A stretch of 64,000 bases of DNA, from assembly GCA_965233585.1 (NCBI GenBank), contig CBDDTI010000745.1, positions 128,001 through 192,000 of the forward strand. Reading direction: 5' to 3'. The position numbers and the translations under genes were made by a program. This stretch comes from a bacterium. Its GTDB lineage: Bacteria > SAR324 > NAC60-12. Below are positions 1 through 9,979 of the stretch, in pieces (the first letter of the stretch is position 1; the number at the start of each line of letters is the position of its first letter). Under the pieces are notes generated by a model. That model did no database searches. It was given only the letters and a program-made list of their open reading frames with translations, and had not been told where the DNA came from.

Positions 1-174
1 GGCATAAGCGTATGACGGCTTTGCCTCTGCCTTTTTTTGTTGTTCAGTCGTGTTTTCGGTCGTTTCAGCTTCAGAAGAAGAGCCAGAACTGCTGGAGTCG
101 CTGGCACAAGAAGCAATCATCGCAGAAGCTAGGGCGATGGAGCTGATTTGAGCAAATCTTTTTAACAGATTCAT
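1..174 (-). CDS. Lipoprotein, N-terminal part (runs off window start)
   Basis: Manual translation from ATG 174: MNLLKRFAQISSIALASAMIASC-ASDSSSSGSSSEAE; lipobox-like IASC, Ser-rich linker, AAAGGA RBS upstream. Confidence 0.75.
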   Translation of the reverse strand, partial: MNLLKRFAQISSIALASAMIASCASDSSSSGSSSEAETTENTTEQQKKAEAKPSYAYA

Positions 175-305
175 AAATTATCCTTTGGATAGAGGTTTAA
201 AGAAAAGCCCCTCATGTGAGATGCGACTCACGGGAAGGGACTCATAACATTTGCTTGTTTCACACTGCAACACTCAAAAATCACAACAAAGACCTGATGA
301 CAGCC

Positions 306-462
306 GTCATTGCGGGCGTGGATTTTGGTCATTCCGTGCCTGACACGCCATCTGACGTTCCCCGTCATTCCGTGCCTGACACGCCATCTCCACAAAACCG
401 TCATTGCGGGCTTGACCCGCAATCTCCACAAAACCGTCATTGCGGGCTTGACCCGCAATCTC
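306..462. repeat. REP-like palindrome cluster 1, four tandem 36-bp units
   Basis: GTCATT(C/G)CG.GC(C/T)TGAC.CG..ATCT units at 328, 364, 400, 436; partial unit at 306. Confidence 0.85.
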
Positions 463-749
463 ATTGCGAGTTTTGAGACCCCGCATCAAGCACTCAAAAT
501 GACAAAGGTCGTCAGCAAGCCACCATCACCAAACACCCAAGCTAGCAGACTAACCAAGATTTATTTCATAAAAAGGGTATCTTTGTAACAAGATGAGATT
601 ACAGTCAAACAAGCAGAAGAGATTATGCACGTACAAAAAAAAAAACCAAGCCCCGCCTCAGAGAAAGCGATCATTTTTTGTGAAAAAACGTGGCAAATTC
701 AGCAAATTGACAAGTCTATGAGACAATAAAATCAAACACTTCCAACCAA

Positions 750-800
750 ATGAAAAAAGTTGAAAAAATTTTGAAAAAAGTTGAAAAAAGTTGGGAAAAG
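750..800. repeat. Low-complexity A-rich tandem repeat (TGAAAAAAGT-like, ~10-bp period)
   Basis: tgaaaaaagt tgaaaaaatt ttgaaaaaag ttgaaaaaag ttgg. Confidence 0.55.
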
Positions 801-870
801 GGAGGAGAATTGGGGAAACTGGAAAGGAATTGAGAAAAAGGGGGAAAGAAGAGGAGAAAAGACGTTCTTA

Positions 871-1275
871 GTCATTCTGCACTTGATGCGGAATCTCAAA
901 AAAAGGAGTTGTTGGCAAAAAGACAAGACAGATTGCGGGTCAGGTCCCCAATGACGTTTTTCAAGTCCTGCAATGAGGAGAAAAAACGAGCCTGCAACTT
1001 CTCTTAATCATTCCGCACTTGATGCGGAATCTCAAAAAAGGAATTGTTGACAAAAAGACAAAGGAGATTGCGGGAAAGTGAGAAAAGTGAAGAAACTAGG
1101 AAAAAGAATGAGATTGCGGGTCAGGTCCCCAATGACTGCTACTGTCATTCGGAACGAAAGAACGTCACCTTTGTGAAAACAGGGGCAGGAATCCAGTCAT
1201 GTAGGAATCTGTGCTTGGTTTTGAGATAGATTCCGTATCAAGCACGGAATGACAATTTTCAAGTTCTGCCATGAC
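871..1275. repeat. REP/REPIN-like palindrome cluster 2
   Basis: GTCATTC(T/C)GCACTTGATGCGGAATCTC at 871 and ~1008; inverted GATTGCGGGTCAGGTCCCCAATGAC at ~930 and ~1110; doublet 1144-1253. Confidence 0.85.
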
Positions 1276-1329
1276 GGGGTAGTGAGAGAATGAAAAATTT
1301 TTAAAAAGAAATTTTTTATTCGAATGGCT

Positions 1330-1917
1330 TTAAAGCACTCTTTTCATTTCTGCAACGAGTTCTTCAATGGGTGTTTCATGGTCAACGATGTTGTAAAAGA
1401 CTCCGTTGGAGTGCATCAGATAAAAAGAGCTTGTGTGAGCCATCGCATAGTAATCGGGGGCATTGGCAGGAGCTTCTAGCTTGGAATAATAGGCGCCATA
1501 AATTTTAGCAACATGCTTGATTTGTGCAGGTGTCCCAGTCAATCCTACGATGTTGTCATGGAAGTGACTGACATACTGTTTGAGAATCTCTGGGGTGTCC
1601 CGTGCAGGGTCAATGCTAATGAAGAGGACACGCCACGTCTGGGAGTCTTCACCCAAAGCGTTCAAGGCTTGCGAGATAGTAAACAAAGAAGTTGGACAAA
1701 TGTCAGGGCAAAACGTGTATCCAAAAAAGACGACCGTTTTTTTGCCGTTGTAGTTGCGTTCTGTCACGTCCTGACGATTGAAATCTGTCAGCTCAAACTT
1801 TCCACCAATGGGAACGCCAGAACTTTGGGGAGGTTGGGGGTCTTGCGTTAAAACCAAAACAGCACTGACCACCATCAACCCAATGGGTAACCCAAGATAA
1901 ATTAGGATTCTTGACAT
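1330..1917 (-). CDS. SCO1/SenC family copper chaperone
   Basis: FFGYTFCPDICP (CxxxC), FISIDPARDT, conserved His in MAHTS, N-terminal membrane anchor. Confidence 0.93.
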   Translation of the reverse strand: MSRILIYLGLPIGLMVVSAVLVLTQDPQPPQSSGVPIGGKFELTDFNRQDVTERNYNGKKTVVFFGYTFCPDICPTSLFTISQALNALGEDSQTWRVLFISIDPARDTPEILKQYVSHFHDNIVGLTGTPAQIKHVAKIYGAYYSKLEAPANAPDYYAMAHTSSFYLMHSNGVFYNIVDHETPIEELVAEMKRVL

Positions 1918-1978
1918 CAAACTCCTTTTTTCATTTTTAATTGAAAACGTTTGTTAATTTAGAACATTGAATGAATTT

Positions 1979-2800
1979 TTAAGAACTTACTGACAACTCT
2001 TGCGCCCTTTGAAGTCCTTTTTGAAATCCTTGTTTGAAAAGAGATTGCAAGCCAGTTTGGTCATCAAGCAAGGGATTCAAGACTTCAAGAGTTGTTCCAC
2101 CCGGACTACAAACTTGCTTTCGCAATGTTTCTGCTGTCAAATCGCTTTGCTGAATCAACGATGCAGTGCCAAGCAAAGTGTGTTCAACCAATGTCTTCGC
2201 TTGGTGTGGGTTGATTCCCAATGCAACCGCCTCACTTTGCATGACTTCTGCCAACAAGGCGATGTATGCAGGGGCGCAACTTGAAACAAGCATGCCAACA
2301 TCTAAAAGCCTCTCTGTCTCCATTTCTTCAACAAGTCCTGTGGACTCCAACAACTGCAACACGAACGCTTTTTGCTCATCACTCACTTTTGGTGACGCAA
2401 CAGATAACGTGACGCCTTGACCAATCTCACAAGGTGTGTTTGGCAACGCACGCACGAGGGGGACATCAGAAGACAAAATGTTGTGATATTCGCGGAAGCA
2501 CACTCCTGCTGCAAAAGTTAAAATAAATGTTTGGGACGTCACCCAGTGTTGATAGCAAGGCAACACTTCTCTTAATTTCTGCGGTTTGATGGCAACAACC
2601 AGACAATCATAAGTTTTTTGACTGGGGAGTTCCTCAACACAAGAGTAGGTTGACAAATGTGAATGGCTAGGAAGTTGTTTGGCGCTGTTGGGAGACACAA
2701 CAGAAATGGATAAATTTTGAAGCAGAGTGTCAGATTGAAGCCAGCCATTCAGCATGACTTTTGCCATCCGACCGCAGCCGATTACAAGAAGATTTTTCAT
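1979..2800 (-). CDS. proC: Pyrroline-5-carboxylate reductase
   Basis: IGCGRMA Rossmann motif, AIKPQ, RALPNTP, VCSPGGTT. Confidence 0.93.
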   Translation of the reverse strand: MKNLLVIGCGRMAKVMLNGWLQSDTLLQNLSISVVSPNSAKQLPSHSHLSTYSCVEELPSQKTYDCLVVAIKPQKLREVLPCYQHWVTSQTFILTFAAGVCFREYHNILSSDVPLVRALPNTPCEIGQGVTLSVASPKVSDEQKAFVLQLLESTGLVEEMETERLLDVGMLVSSCAPAYIALLAEVMQSEAVALGINPHQAKTLVEHTLLGTASLIQQSDLTAETLRKQVCSPGGTTLEVLNPLLDDQTGLQSLFKQGFQKGLQRAQELSVSS

Positions 2801-2935
2801 CAGTTCATCTCAATCAATTTGAAAAGAAGAATGTATTTTACACGTATTTGGCAGGCTTGTCAGACAATATTTTATTTTTGAGAAAAAGCTCAAAAATAGG
2901 TATCCTGTATTATTTTTTAAGCCAAGGGTAAGCCT

Positions 2936-4234
2936 ATGACAATCGTTTATGTGGGAATGACAGCTGACATTTTGCATCATGGTCATATCAATATTTTGGA
3001 AGAAGCCGCAAAGCATGGAGAAGTGGTAGTCGGTTTGCTGACAGACCGTGCAGTTGCAGAGTACAAAAGACAACCTTATTTAGATTTTGAACACCGCAAA
3101 AAAATCCTTGAACAACTCAAGTCTGTGCATCGTGTCATTGCCCAAGAACAATGGGATTATGCCCCAACTCTTCAACAACTGAAACCCGATGTGATGGTTC
3201 ATGGGGACGACTGGCAACATGGAAATTATCGCCTGATGCGTGAACGTGCTTTGGAGGCGATGGCAGAGTGGGGAGGTAAGGTGATTGAAATCCCATACAC
3301 TGAAGGGGTGTCATCAAAACGTCTGAAATCACAACTTCAGGCATTAGGCACAACAGCTGACATCAGAAGAGCCAGTTTAAGAAGGTTGATTGATGCCAAA
3401 GGGTTGGTGAAAATGATGGAGGCGCACAGCCCCTTGTCTGCTTTAATCATTGAACAAGCAGAGGTAGAAGTTGGCAGTTTAAGCAGAAGTTTTGATGGCT
3501 TTTGGGCGTCTTCTTTGACTGATTCCACACTTCGTGGCAAGCCTGACACTGAAGCTGTAGATTTGTCAACACGCATGAAAAGCGTTGATGACATCTTTGA
3601 AATTACAACCAAACCACTGATTTTTGATGCAGACACAGGCGGGCAAGTGGAGCATTTTTGCTTGAATGTTCGCACCCTTGAAAGGTTGGGAGTGTCTGCT
3701 GTCATCATTGAAGACAAAACAGGACTTAAAAAAAATTCTTTGTTTGGTAATGACGTCCCACAACAACAAGACGACATTGCCAGTTTTTCAAAAAAACTTT
3801 CTGCGGCAAGGCAGGCTAAAATGACAGAAGACTTTATGATCATTGCACGCATTGAAAGTTTAATCCTTGACTCAGGAATGGATGATGCCTTAACCCGTGC
3901 CAAGGCTTATGCAGAAGCAGGGGCTGATGGCATTATGATTCACAGCCGCCAAAAAAAACCTGATGAAATTCTTGAGTTTTGCTCTCAATTTAGACAATTC
4001 AGCAAAACGTTAGACCTTGTTGTCGTGCCAACCAGCTACAACTCCATCACTGACACAGAACTCATGCAGGCAGGGGCAAACATCTCTATCCATGCCAATC
4101 ACATGCTACGTTCCTCTTATCTTGCGATGCAAAAAGTCGCTCAATCTGTCTTGAAACATGACCGTTCTCTTGAAGCATCAGAGTTCTGCCTCTCTATCAA
4201 AGAAATTTTAAATCTGATTCCCGGCACCAAGTAG
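2936..4234 (+). CDS. pepM: Phosphoenolpyruvate mutase with N-terminal cytidylyltransferase domain
   Basis: N-terminal HHGH nucleotidyltransferase motif; PepM signature EDKTGLKKNS (EDKx5NS); DADTGG. Confidence 0.96.
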   Translation: MTIVYVGMTADILHHGHINILEEAAKHGEVVVGLLTDRAVAEYKRQPYLDFEHRKKILEQLKSVHRVIAQEQWDYAPTLQQLKPDVMVHGDDWQHGNYRLMRERALEAMAEWGGKVIEIPYTEGVSSKRLKSQLQALGTTADIRRASLRRLIDAKGLVKMMEAHSPLSALIIEQAEVEVGSLSRSFDGFWASSLTDSTLRGKPDTEAVDLSTRMKSVDDIFEITTKPLIFDADTGGQVEHFCLNVRTLERLGVSAVIIEDKTGLKKNSLFGNDVPQQQDDIASFSKKLSAARQAKMTEDFMIIARIESLILDSGMDDALTRAKAYAEAGADGIMIHSRQKKPDEILEFCSQFRQFSKTLDLVVVPTSYNSITDTELMQAGANISIHANHMLRSSYLAMQKVAQSVLKHDRSLEASEFCLSIKEILNLIPGTK

Positions 4235-4356
4235 CTTTGGTTTTTTAGGTCATGTCGTGTTAGTCACTTGGCAACAATCAAGTCATCAATAACTAAATTG
4301 CTGACTATACTATGATAACTGATTTGTTTAATCATTTTTATTTTTAGGATTTTGTT

Positions 4357-4662
4357 ATGAGTATTACATTAAATTTGCCAATAGATATTAAGAATGCTTT
4401 GCTTAAAGAAGCAGAAGCAAAAAAACAAGATTTAGAAAGTATTATTATTGAATGCTTGAATACTAAAGTAAATAATGATGTCAATGAAAGTTTAGATTTA
4501 AAGGGTATGCTTGCAGAAGTAGAACAGAAACTTGAAGAAGTTAAGAAAAGACCTAAAACAAATTTATTATCAATGGTTGGTTCAGGTGATCATTGTAGAA
4601 GTTTTAAATCTACGCAAGAAGCTGAACGATTTATTCGTGATTTAAGGAACGAATGGGGTTAA
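4357..4662 (+). CDS. Putative antitoxin partner of PIN toxin
   Basis: Small ORF with RHH-like N-terminus and IRDLRNEW end, directly upstream of PIN gene; strongly AT-rich. Confidence 0.65.
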   Translation: MSITLNLPIDIKNALLKEAEAKKQDLESIIIECLNTKVNNDVNESLDLKGMLAEVEQKLEEVKKRPKTNLLSMVGSGDHCRSFKSTQEAERFIRDLRNEWG

Positions 4663-4664
4663 AA

Positions 4665-5108
4665 ATGAACTTTGAAAGTGATGATAAAATTTACTTTGAT
4701 TCAAATATTTTTATTTATTCTATTGAAAATTTAGATGATAGTAAATCAGTGTTTATAAATGATTTTTTGAAATCACTTGATTGTCGTTTAAATCAAATTA
4801 TTACAAGTCAGTTAACACTTTTAGAATGTCTTGTAAAGCCTAGAAGAGATAGAAATAAAGAACTTGAAAATAAATATTTGGATAATATTGTAAATAACGA
4901 AAATATTTTTTTAGATGATATTGATACAAAAACTCTTATGTTAGCATTAGATATAAGATCCAAAGAAAATTTTCAAATTCCTGATGCAATTCATATAGCA
5001 ACAGCAGTCAAAAATGAGTGTTCTGCTATTTTAACAAATGATAAGCATTTTAAAGTATTAGAAAGTCAAAATATGAAAGTTTGGTACTTAGATGATTTGC
5101 TAAATTAA
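4665..5108 (+). CDS. vapC: PIN-domain VapC-like toxin
   Basis: IYFDSNIFIY, TLLECLV, PDAIHIATA, ILTND acidic PIN motifs. Confidence 0.88.
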   Translation: MNFESDDKIYFDSNIFIYSIENLDDSKSVFINDFLKSLDCRLNQIITSQLTLLECLVKPRRDRNKELENKYLDNIVNNENIFLDDIDTKTLMLALDIRSKENFQIPDAIHIATAVKNECSAILTNDKHFKVLESQNMKVWYLDDLLN

Positions 5109-5239
5109 ATAAATACACAACAAGCAAAATAAATCTGAATCAAAAACGTGTTTGATAAATTAGGTGACAGTCCAGCGAAAAAGGAACGACCCGCTCAATA
5201 TTATCAATCACGAAAAAGTAGAATAAAAAACAGTCCACT

Positions 5240-6367
5240 ATGAAAGCACAAGAATTATATCAAGCACTGACTGCTCAAGGCATTGACTTTTATGCAGGAG
5301 TTCCAGATTCGTTGTTGAAGCATTTTTGCTCATACATGACCAGCAAATTGCCCAAAGACCAGCATGTCATTACTGCTAACGAAGGTGGTGCTGTCGGATT
5401 GGCAATAGGCAGGTATTTGGCAACGGCAAAGCCTGCTGTGGTCTATATGCAAAACTCTGGATTGGGTAATGCAGTCAATCCAGTTGTTTCATTGGCAGAT
5501 TCGTTGGTGGCAGGGATTCCAATGGTGTTGCTGATTGGCTGGCGTGCAGAAAGATTGGAAGACGGCACACAGCTCAAAGATGAACCACAGCACCTCAAGC
5601 AAGGGCAAATCACAACTTCTTTGCTTGAGACCATGGGGGTAGAGTATCAAATCATTGATGCCGAAACACCCAATCTTGCAGAAATTGTTTCCCAGCTTGT
5701 GCAAAAAACAACAGCTTCACAACAGCCTGTCGCTTTGCTTGTTCGCAAAAATACGTTTGAAAGTGAACCTTCGCTTGACTTTTCAACACCCTATCATTTG
5801 AAAAGAGAAGAAGCGATTGAACAGATTTTACAAGCCATTCCTTCAGACACTCCTGTCATTTCTACAACGGGCATGATTTCAAGAGAAGTGTTTGAGTTAC
5901 GGAAAAAACACAAGATGGGACATGAAAAAGATTTTTTGATTGTTGGGGCGATGGGGCATGCCTCGCAAGTAGCGATGGGTGTTGCCAGTGCATATCAGGG
6001 GAAGGTGTTATGTTTAGATGGCGATGGAGCTTTTTTGATGCACTTGGGGTCTTGTGCTTTGACAGCAAGATGCTCAAATCTCATTCATGTTGTGCTGAAC
6101 AATGCCGCACATGACAGCGTTGGGGGACAACCCACACTTGGCTTTGACCTGAAAATAGATGCCCTTGCCGAAACACTAGGTTATCAATCTGTCAAAACTT
6201 TGCATGAATTAGGAACGATTCAAGACTCCTTACATCAAGCCTTTCAAGCAGAAGGAAACACGTTCATTGAAGTCCGCATCATACGAGGCAACCGACCCGA
6301 CTTAGGCAGACCGACAAACTCCCCTTCACAGAACAAAGCACTTTTCATGCAAGCCTTCCAAAAATGA
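5240..6367 (+). CDS. ppd: Phosphonopyruvate decarboxylase
   Basis: GVPDSLLK, ANEGGAVG, MQNSGLGN, DEPQH, ThDP motif DGDGA...NN; downstream of pepM. Confidence 0.95.
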   Translation: MKAQELYQALTAQGIDFYAGVPDSLLKHFCSYMTSKLPKDQHVITANEGGAVGLAIGRYLATAKPAVVYMQNSGLGNAVNPVVSLADSLVAGIPMVLLIGWRAERLEDGTQLKDEPQHLKQGQITTSLLETMGVEYQIIDAETPNLAEIVSQLVQKTTASQQPVALLVRKNTFESEPSLDFSTPYHLKREEAIEQILQAIPSDTPVISTTGMISREVFELRKKHKMGHEKDFLIVGAMGHASQVAMGVASAYQGKVLCLDGDGAFLMHLGSCALTARCSNLIHVVLNNAAHDSVGGQPTLGFDLKIDALAETLGYQSVKTLHELGTIQDSLHQAFQAEGNTFIEVRIIRGNRPDLGRPTNSPSQNKALFMQAFQK

Positions 6368-6738
6368 ATGAAGCAGAAAATGACCCCCAAAAAACAGAAT
6401 CCAATAAAGAAACCCTGACCCAATCTGCTCAAACAGAGTCTTTAAGTGATTTTTTAAGCCGTCATCAAGATGAAGTAGAATCAGACCCGCTGCACTTTGT
6501 CAGTGATGTCTCACTTCGTCTGGAAGCAGAGCTTGCTAGAATGGAGGTGCCTCTGCATGAATTGCTGGCATGGAAGACTCAACATGTTGTCAAGTTTAGG
6601 CGAATTGTTGGTGAACCTGTTGACCTTGTTATCAGAGACCGTTTGATTGCAAGGGGTGAGGTAGTGATTGTTGAAGACCATTTTGCAATCCGTGTTGTAG
6701 AGATTTGCAACGTTGATGAAAAAATTCAAAGTGATTAA
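6364..6738 (+). CDS. FliN/FliM C-terminal (SpoA) domain protein
   Basis: GEPVDLVIRDRLIARGEVVIVEDHFAIRVVEI; ATGA overlap with ppd stop. Confidence 0.85.
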   Translation: MNEAENDPQKTESNKETLTQSAQTESLSDFLSRHQDEVESDPLHFVSDVSLRLEAELARMEVPLHELLAWKTQHVVKFRRIVGEPVDLVIRDRLIARGEVVIVEDHFAIRVVEICNVDEKIQSD

Positions 6739-6873
6739 AACGTCAGCTTCATTGACTAATCTCAAAAATTTTTCAATACTTGTCTAAGTTTATTTTTTAA
6801 AAACACGAATTATTTTGGCAAAAATTCAACTCAATTTCATTGACCTTTTCACAAATTAAACAAAGAAACCGCT

Positions 6874-8580
6874 ATGTTAAATTTTTTAAATCAAGCCAGA
6901 GAATGGGCTACTTCAACATGGTTTGATTCAAACACACGCCAAGAAGTACAGGACTTACTTGACAACAATGACACTCAAGAGCTAGAAGACCGCTTTGGCA
7001 AATCACTGGAATTTGGGACTGGTGGCATGCGTGGAATCATGGGCGCTGGCACAAATCGTCTGAATCGCTACACTGTCAGGAAGGCAACAGCAGGGCTTGC
7101 AAGCTATCTAAGTTCTCACTTTGGGGAAGGTGTGGCGTCTGCTGTGATTGGATATGATTCACGCAATCGTTCATACGATTTTGCATGCGAGGTGGCATGT
7201 ACTTTGGCAGGTTATGGAATCAAATCCTTTGTGTTTCAAAAAGTAGCACCGACTCCGCGTGTCTCTTTTGAAATCTTGCAAAGGCAGGCACACACGGGCA
7301 TCATCATCACGGCAAGCCATAATCCCCCTGAATATAACGGCTATAAGGTGTACTGGCAAACAGCGGGGCAAGTTCTCCCTCCTCACGATACCAAAATCGT
7401 TGCATTGGCAAATTGTATGGTGTTGCAAGAGGTGCAACGTCTTTCTTTGGAAGAAGCCGTCAAGCAGGGTTTGATTGAATGGATTGAAGACGTTGCCAGT
7501 CCTGATTACATGAATGCTCTTGAAAAAGTGTCATTTGGAAACAAGGCGTCTAACGCCAAGCTGTCTGTGATTTATACACCTTTGCATGGAACTGGAAAGG
7601 AATGCGTTGAAGCTGTTTTTCAAAAAAGAAATTTTCAGCAGGGACGTGTTCTGCCTCAACAAGCAGAGCCTGATGGCAACTTCACTACCCTCAAAATTCC
7701 CAATCCTGAAGAACCCAAAGCCTTTGAGCTGGCAATCTCACAGGCACAACAAGATGACCACTTAATCCTTGCCAATGACCCCGATGCAGACCGTGTGGGG
7801 GTGATGGTTCGTCATCATGGTCAGTGGCAGTATCTCAATGGCAATCAAATTGGGGCTTTGCTTTTGGAACATTACCTTAAAACTCATCAAAATCAAAAAG
7901 GGTCTTTGGTTTATAGCCTTGTTTCTTCTCCTCTTCTGGCAAAAATTGCAAAACATTATCAATGGAGTGTGATTGAAACCTTGACAGGCTTTAAATGGAT
8001 TTGGGAGCAAATGCACCAAATTCAAAATGACAATCATTTAGTTTTTGGTATGGAAGAAAGTCATGGTTATTTGATTGGCAATTATTGTGGAGACAAAGAT
8101 GGAATCTGGGCAGTGATGGCGTTTGCTGAAATGACCGCACTTTTTCAGGAACAAGGCACGGATCCATGGCAACAACTACAAGCGATCTATGAAACCTACG
8201 GTTTTCATTTGGACTATCAACATAACTTCGCTTACTCAGGAGTAGAAGGAGCGAAACAAATGAACAGCATCATGCAGGAATTGCAAGACAATCCTCCGCT
8301 GAATTGGGGGGGTTTTAGGCTTCAAAGGCAGGTGGATATTCAGAAAGGCATTGCATGGAACTATGACACGCAAACGCAAGAAACGATTGACCTCCCTGAA
8401 TCCAAAGTTTTAGTTTTTGAACTTGAGCAAAATGCGAGGGTCATTGTCCGTCCTTCAGGAACAGAGCCTAAAATCAAATTTTATGTCAGTTTGAGTGGGG
8501 CATCGCAGCAAAACATTCTTGAACAAAAGACACTCTTATCTGACGAAATTTTAAAATATCAAAACGTTGCAAATGTTTGA
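6874..8580 (+). CDS. Phosphoglucomutase/phosphomannomutase
   Basis: FGTGGMRG, TASHNP, NDPDADR, GMEESHG, RPSGTEPKIK. Confidence 0.94.
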   Translation: MLNFLNQAREWATSTWFDSNTRQEVQDLLDNNDTQELEDRFGKSLEFGTGGMRGIMGAGTNRLNRYTVRKATAGLASYLSSHFGEGVASAVIGYDSRNRSYDFACEVACTLAGYGIKSFVFQKVAPTPRVSFEILQRQAHTGIIITASHNPPEYNGYKVYWQTAGQVLPPHDTKIVALANCMVLQEVQRLSLEEAVKQGLIEWIEDVASPDYMNALEKVSFGNKASNAKLSVIYTPLHGTGKECVEAVFQKRNFQQGRVLPQQAEPDGNFTTLKIPNPEEPKAFELAISQAQQDDHLILANDPDADRVGVMVRHHGQWQYLNGNQIGALLLEHYLKTHQNQKGSLVYSLVSSPLLAKIAKHYQWSVIETLTGFKWIWEQMHQIQNDNHLVFGMEESHGYLIGNYCGDKDGIWAVMAFAEMTALFQEQGTDPWQQLQAIYETYGFHLDYQHNFAYSGVEGAKQMNSIMQELQDNPPLNWGGFRLQRQVDIQKGIAWNYDTQTQETIDLPESKVLVFELEQNARVIVRPSGTEPKIKFYVSLSGASQQNILEQKTLLSDEILKYQNVANV

Positions 8581-8588
8581 ATTTGAAC

Positions 8589-8700
8589 GCCGAATGAGTT
8601 ATAAGAATCTGTTTCACTGATATTTATAGTAACCACTGTCGGCTTTATGCCTATGAACTCGTAAGAGTAAGATTTTTGTACTGTAGCCACTTTGGCAGAG
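8589..8700 (-). pseudogene. 3' remnant of a paralogue of the 9980-10389 gene
   Basis: Diverged direct repeat of 9955-10073; shared blocks TAAGATTTTTGTACTGTAGCCA and ATCTGTTTCACTG; peptide ATVQKSY..PTVVTI in both. Confidence 0.7.
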
Positions 8701-8722
8701 ATTTTGGAAAGAGAATATTGAC

Positions 8723-9832
8723 ATGTCCACAACCCACTTTTTATATGATGAGAAAGTCTTTTGGCATACAACCCGAGATGCCGTTTTGTCTTTGCCCCCC
8801 CATGGATATTTGCAACCGCTGACGTCCTTGGGGCATGTGGAGAATGCGGAAACCAAAAGACGATTTTTGTCCTTGGTGCATGTGACGGGTTTGATGAAGC
8901 ACTTGCATACCTATGATGCCCAACCCATCACCTATGAACAGGCCAATCTGGTGCATACCCAAGACTACCTGAACGCAATCATAGAATTTTCCCAAGGCGA
9001 GGGTGGAACTTTTTCAGAGGACCTACCCTTTGGTCACAAGGGGTACGACTATGCTTGTGTATCTGCTGGCTTGGCGGTGCAGGCATTATCTTTGGTTCTG
9101 GATGGCAAGGACCAGTCCGCATATGCACTAACCCGTCCACCCGGTCACCACGCAGAATCTAACGAAGGTACGGGATTTTGTCTGTTGGCTAATATTCCTA
9201 TTGCCATTGAAGTGGCAAAACAAAACAATCCTGATTTAAAAGTACTGGTCTTGGATTGGGATGTGCATCACGGTAACGGTACGCAGAATATCTTTTACAA
9301 TCGTGACGATGTACTGGCTCTATCGTTGCATCAAGACGGTTTATACCCCCTTGATTCTGGACATACTCACCATGTGGGGCAGAGCAAGGGATATGGCTAT
9401 ACCATCAACGTTCCATTACCTGCTGGTACAGGTAATGGGGGGTATATGTATGCCGTGGAAACTATTTTTGTGCGTGCAGTGGAAAAATTTAAACCCGATG
9501 TTATCATTGTGGCATCAGGGTACGATGCGGGGTGGACAGACCCTTTGGGACGCATGTTGGTGACTTCTAAAGGATTCGTCAACATGACCCGTGTAGTGCA
9601 ATCGGTGGCATCCATCAGTCACGGGCGATTGATGTTCACCCACGAGGGAGGATATTGTCCATGCTATGCTCCCCTGTGTGCCTATAAAACCTTGGAGACC
9701 CTAGCGGAAGTGGACTTGGATGTGCAAGACGACTTTGACCCCGATAGTCGTCAGTTGCCTGATTTTGACCTGCAACCTCATCAGAAAAATCGCATTGATG
9801 ACCTATATGCCAATCATCCTTTTTTTAGGTAA
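8723..9832 (+). CDS. Zn-dependent class II histone-deacetylase-like amidohydrolase
   Basis: RPPGHHA, GFC, LDWDVHHGNGTQ, SLH, GYDA..DPLG, HEGGY all intact. Confidence 0.93.
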   Translation: MSTTHFLYDEKVFWHTTRDAVLSLPPHGYLQPLTSLGHVENAETKRRFLSLVHVTGLMKHLHTYDAQPITYEQANLVHTQDYLNAIIEFSQGEGGTFSEDLPFGHKGYDYACVSAGLAVQALSLVLDGKDQSAYALTRPPGHHAESNEGTGFCLLANIPIAIEVAKQNNPDLKVLVLDWDVHHGNGTQNIFYNRDDVLALSLHQDGLYPLDSGHTHHVGQSKGYGYTINVPLPAGTGNGGYMYAVETIFVRAVEKFKPDVIIVASGYDAGWTDPLGRMLVTSKGFVNMTRVVQSVASISHGRLMFTHEGGYCPCYAPLCAYKTLETLAEVDLDVQDDFDPDSRQLPDFDLQPHQKNRIDDLYANHPFFR

Positions 9833-9979
9833 AGGCCAGGTCAAATCAAGTAGAAGATTTGATTCCCAACAACTATGACAAAGTAAAAAATTAAATCTTC
9901 AAAATTTTCTCTTCTGTCAACTATCCTGCCAAATACTCCATTCTGAAACTTAAAGCCAAATGAGTTGTAAGTATCTGTT

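Noticed and set aside
328..462. 36-bp periodic array as a CRISPR
   Set aside because: Linkers are only ~10 bp and mostly identical, units match the dispersed REP family, and no cas genes are present
216..1229. Short ORFs over the repeat clusters (also 26285-26467 and 36659-36946)
   Set aside because: Translations are by-products of REP palindromes and A/T tracts
3337..3903. Long antisense ORFs (also 40571-41131, 38759-39193 and similar)
   Set aside because: Shadow frames opposite well-supported genes, with no recognisable motifs
5109..5239. Possible attC after vapC (ACACAAC-AAGC...)
   Set aside because: No matching GTTRRRY box or convincing stem
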